A stretch of 63,718 nucleotides of DNA, counting the filler, from Rhabdomonas costata (lineage: Eukaryota), in NCBI GenBank assembly GCA_019059605.1. It is 48 parts of 48 records of this genome, joined end to end, with 100 filler letters (N's around TTAATTAATTAA, not from the genome) between each part and the next. Parts side by side here need not be neighbours in the genome. Positions count along the whole stretch, not along the records: positions 61,162 to 62,389 come from JAHMHO010022742.1; positions 62,490 to 63,718 come from JAHMHO010022743.1; 46 more parts are not named here. One strand, given 5' to 3'. Each line of letters opens with the position of its first letter. Position 1 is the stretch's first letter. Shown piece after piece: positions 61,403-63,718 of this stretch. The translations under genes were made by a program, and so were the position numbers. Under the pieces are notes generated by a model. That model saw nothing but the letters and a program-made list of their open reading frames with translations, was not told where the DNA came from and searched no databases.

Positions 61403-63718
61403 CTGCTCATTAAAGTACTGTCATTTTGGGGGCGGAACAGAGTTCAGTGGAGGCACACCTACAGCCATATACCGACCCCGTCTGCTCGTTGAAAACCTGT
61501 TTTCTGTCCTACTCATTCACCCGGCTCAGCATTCTTCAAGCGAGTTTCATATAATGAGATGCGGCTGATCCCCTCACCTGACCATAATCCGAGTACCAAC
61601 ACGAACCCCGTTCCACCAACTCCCACAGACAATATGTATGTGCGCGAATCCTCGGTGTCTGTTTGGTGTACCAGGTGGATAAAGTCCTGCAATATTCAAT
61701 TCTGCAGCGGAGCTGGAAATCGCACACACATGTGTGCATCCACCCGGAGCCCGGAGCTGCTCCTATTCCAGTCAGTTTTCAGGAAAAAGCACTCTCTCCA
61801 GGGACCATGAGAACTCCAGACTTGAAGCGCGACTACCCTTGTAGTGGGACAGGCGTCAGGGATTGGCCGACCGTGGAAACATGATGAGGATCCCAAAACA
61901 GCCTTTGCAGGCCCCTCTCTCTACCCCCGAAGCGTCCAGCGCTGCCAATGCCTCGTGCGAATTCACTCGCTGTTGTGTATGTATAGGCCATTGCCTGACT
62001 GGTTTTTGTGGTGAATACTGCGGACTGAGTTACGCAAGCGCTGTTGCCACGGGTTTTTGGTAGAGTTAGGGTCCCGGCGCACAGTATCTCCTCATTCTTT
62101 GGATGACAAGCTTCTTCTCTTGAAATGAAAACGGGGAAATAGTGCACCACAGAGGGGGATGACGTCGAACATTGTTGTTGTTGTTGTTGCTGTAATAAAA
62201 AACCTAAATTTAAAAAAGAATCACTCCTTCGCAAAAACAAACCGAAAAAATTATTCCGGATCCTCCGGATCTTGCTTTGACTCACAGCCTAGAGCCCCTC
62301 TTGGAACCCAACAAACAGTCCTCCCTAAGAAATTCTTTCAGCAGTAGCAACCCAAAACCAAGAACGCAGCAGTGCAAACTAGAATACCANNNNNNNNNNN
62401 NNNNNNNNNNNNNNNNNNNNNNNNNNNNNNNNNTTAATTAATTAANNNNNNNNNNNNNNNNNNNNNNNNNNNNNNNNNNNNNNNNNNNNGGTTGTGTGGG
62501 GAGAGAGTGAGACGAAGGCAGGGGGGTTGTCGAAGCGGGGTCTGTTGCGGTGGCGTCTATTTATTCTTCACGCAACTGGAGCGTTTTCCCATCTGCTGCG
62601 TGAGGCTTGCGGTGTGCTCTTAGCACTCACTTGTCGAGGGAAGCCTGCGTATGGGGCCGGACTTTGGCTGTCCCCATCATAGGCTTCTTCGTGCACCTCT
62701 CTGTGACGACTGCCATGTTTCTTGTGCGTTGGGTTCGTGCCTCTGTGAAGAATCCGCGGTCTCGGTGATTGTATCTTTGCCGGGGTATGCGCATTGGGCG
62801 TTACACTGTAGAAGCCTGAGGTCTTCCAATCTGCCTGAAGCCTGAATTCTTCCGTTTGGGAATGACCCTGGTTCCACTCCAAAGCCTCAAGCGCCAACAT
62901 GAACAGAAGAGGGGACACCGTGAAAGCCGCGAATGGTGGTGGGCATTTCCCGAGAAGACAGCGCCCGCCCTCATGACCTCATGACCTTCCGGTGTTCAGG
63001 CTTTTTCTTGAAGTACTTGATGTTACTTCTTTTGTATTTGGTGGCCGTGGTGGACTTGAAATAAAAAGGTGAAAGCAGATGTCCAGTCATGGTGTGCTTT
63101 CAAGACCCTTTTAAGCTATTTAGATCTGACTTGACACGTGAAAACAGTAATTCCTTCGAGACAACAATCAATTTCACCCCTTCGCTCCGAAACTTCAGTT
63201 TTCTGTCAAGTCAGCAGAACCTTGCTGCCACGATCCACAGGCACTGCAAAGGCGCAGCGTGGAAGTGATGCACACAGCAGTTGTATAGAAATTGTTCTGC
63301 ACGGCTACAAAGCGAAACTCGGGTCCAGTGTGAATGCTGCTCCGGGAATGAGGAGAAACAAATAAAGCGGTACGGTGCAAGCGGTTCGGTGTGCCTTTGG
63401 CAGGTTCTTTTCCTGTTTTGAGTTTTTACAACAGATTTGGGCACTAAATATTGCCCATCCACCTTAAAAGAGAGGTGAAACAAGTTATGGTGTACCTAAA
63501 CTTGCCCAGTACACAGCAGAAGGCTGAACAAAACTTTGGTGCAGCCAGCACTCCATGTTTGACTAAAAAGCTCTCAACTTCTCATCATCAGAACACAAAT
63601 CTTCCAAATCAAAGATAGAAAACATTGCTGAATAGCAGCAGAAAACGCTAGGAAAGTCCCCTGGGGTAACCGTAGGTTCCCCCAACCCCCCTCCTGATAC
63701 AGGTTGCCCCAACCACAA

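Noticed and set aside
1331..63718. Equal-sized contigs as nanochromosomes with G/T telomeres
   Set aside because: The end sequences are aperiodic, genes are cut mid-exon, and the uniform size reflects length sorting.

Overview
This window is not one locus. It is 48 unrelated ~1.23 kb contigs joined by 47 artificial 100-nt linkers (N44-TTAATTAATTAA-N44). Most contigs begin with a G/T-only run and end with a C/A-only run, which points to degenerate-primer whole-genome amplification. The DNA is from an intron-rich eukaryote, inferred to be a euglenozoan and probably a euglenid. It has short GC3-rich exons, GT-AG introns whose donors mostly carry a pyrimidine at +4, Cache and receiver domains, and a degenerate class III cyclase. 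Most ORF-track entries are shadows, so I rebuilt the real genes by splicing. Recognisable fragments include HIS6, COPA, a GCN2-like kinase, a MAPK, ABCB, an SNF2 helicase, WDR48, a purple acid phosphatase, a CYLD-like USP, a SIR2_2 domain, an Argonaute/Piwi-like exon, a GNAT and two methyltransferases. The best novelty candidate is a family of LTR retroelements seen independently in two contigs (5321-6551 and 19952-21181). They have homologous LTRs and two to three reiterated tRNA-iMet primer-binding sites. One copy assembles as a 1104-bp circle or tandem unit containing an LTR-LTR junction. All calls come from motif recognition by eye; no database search was run.
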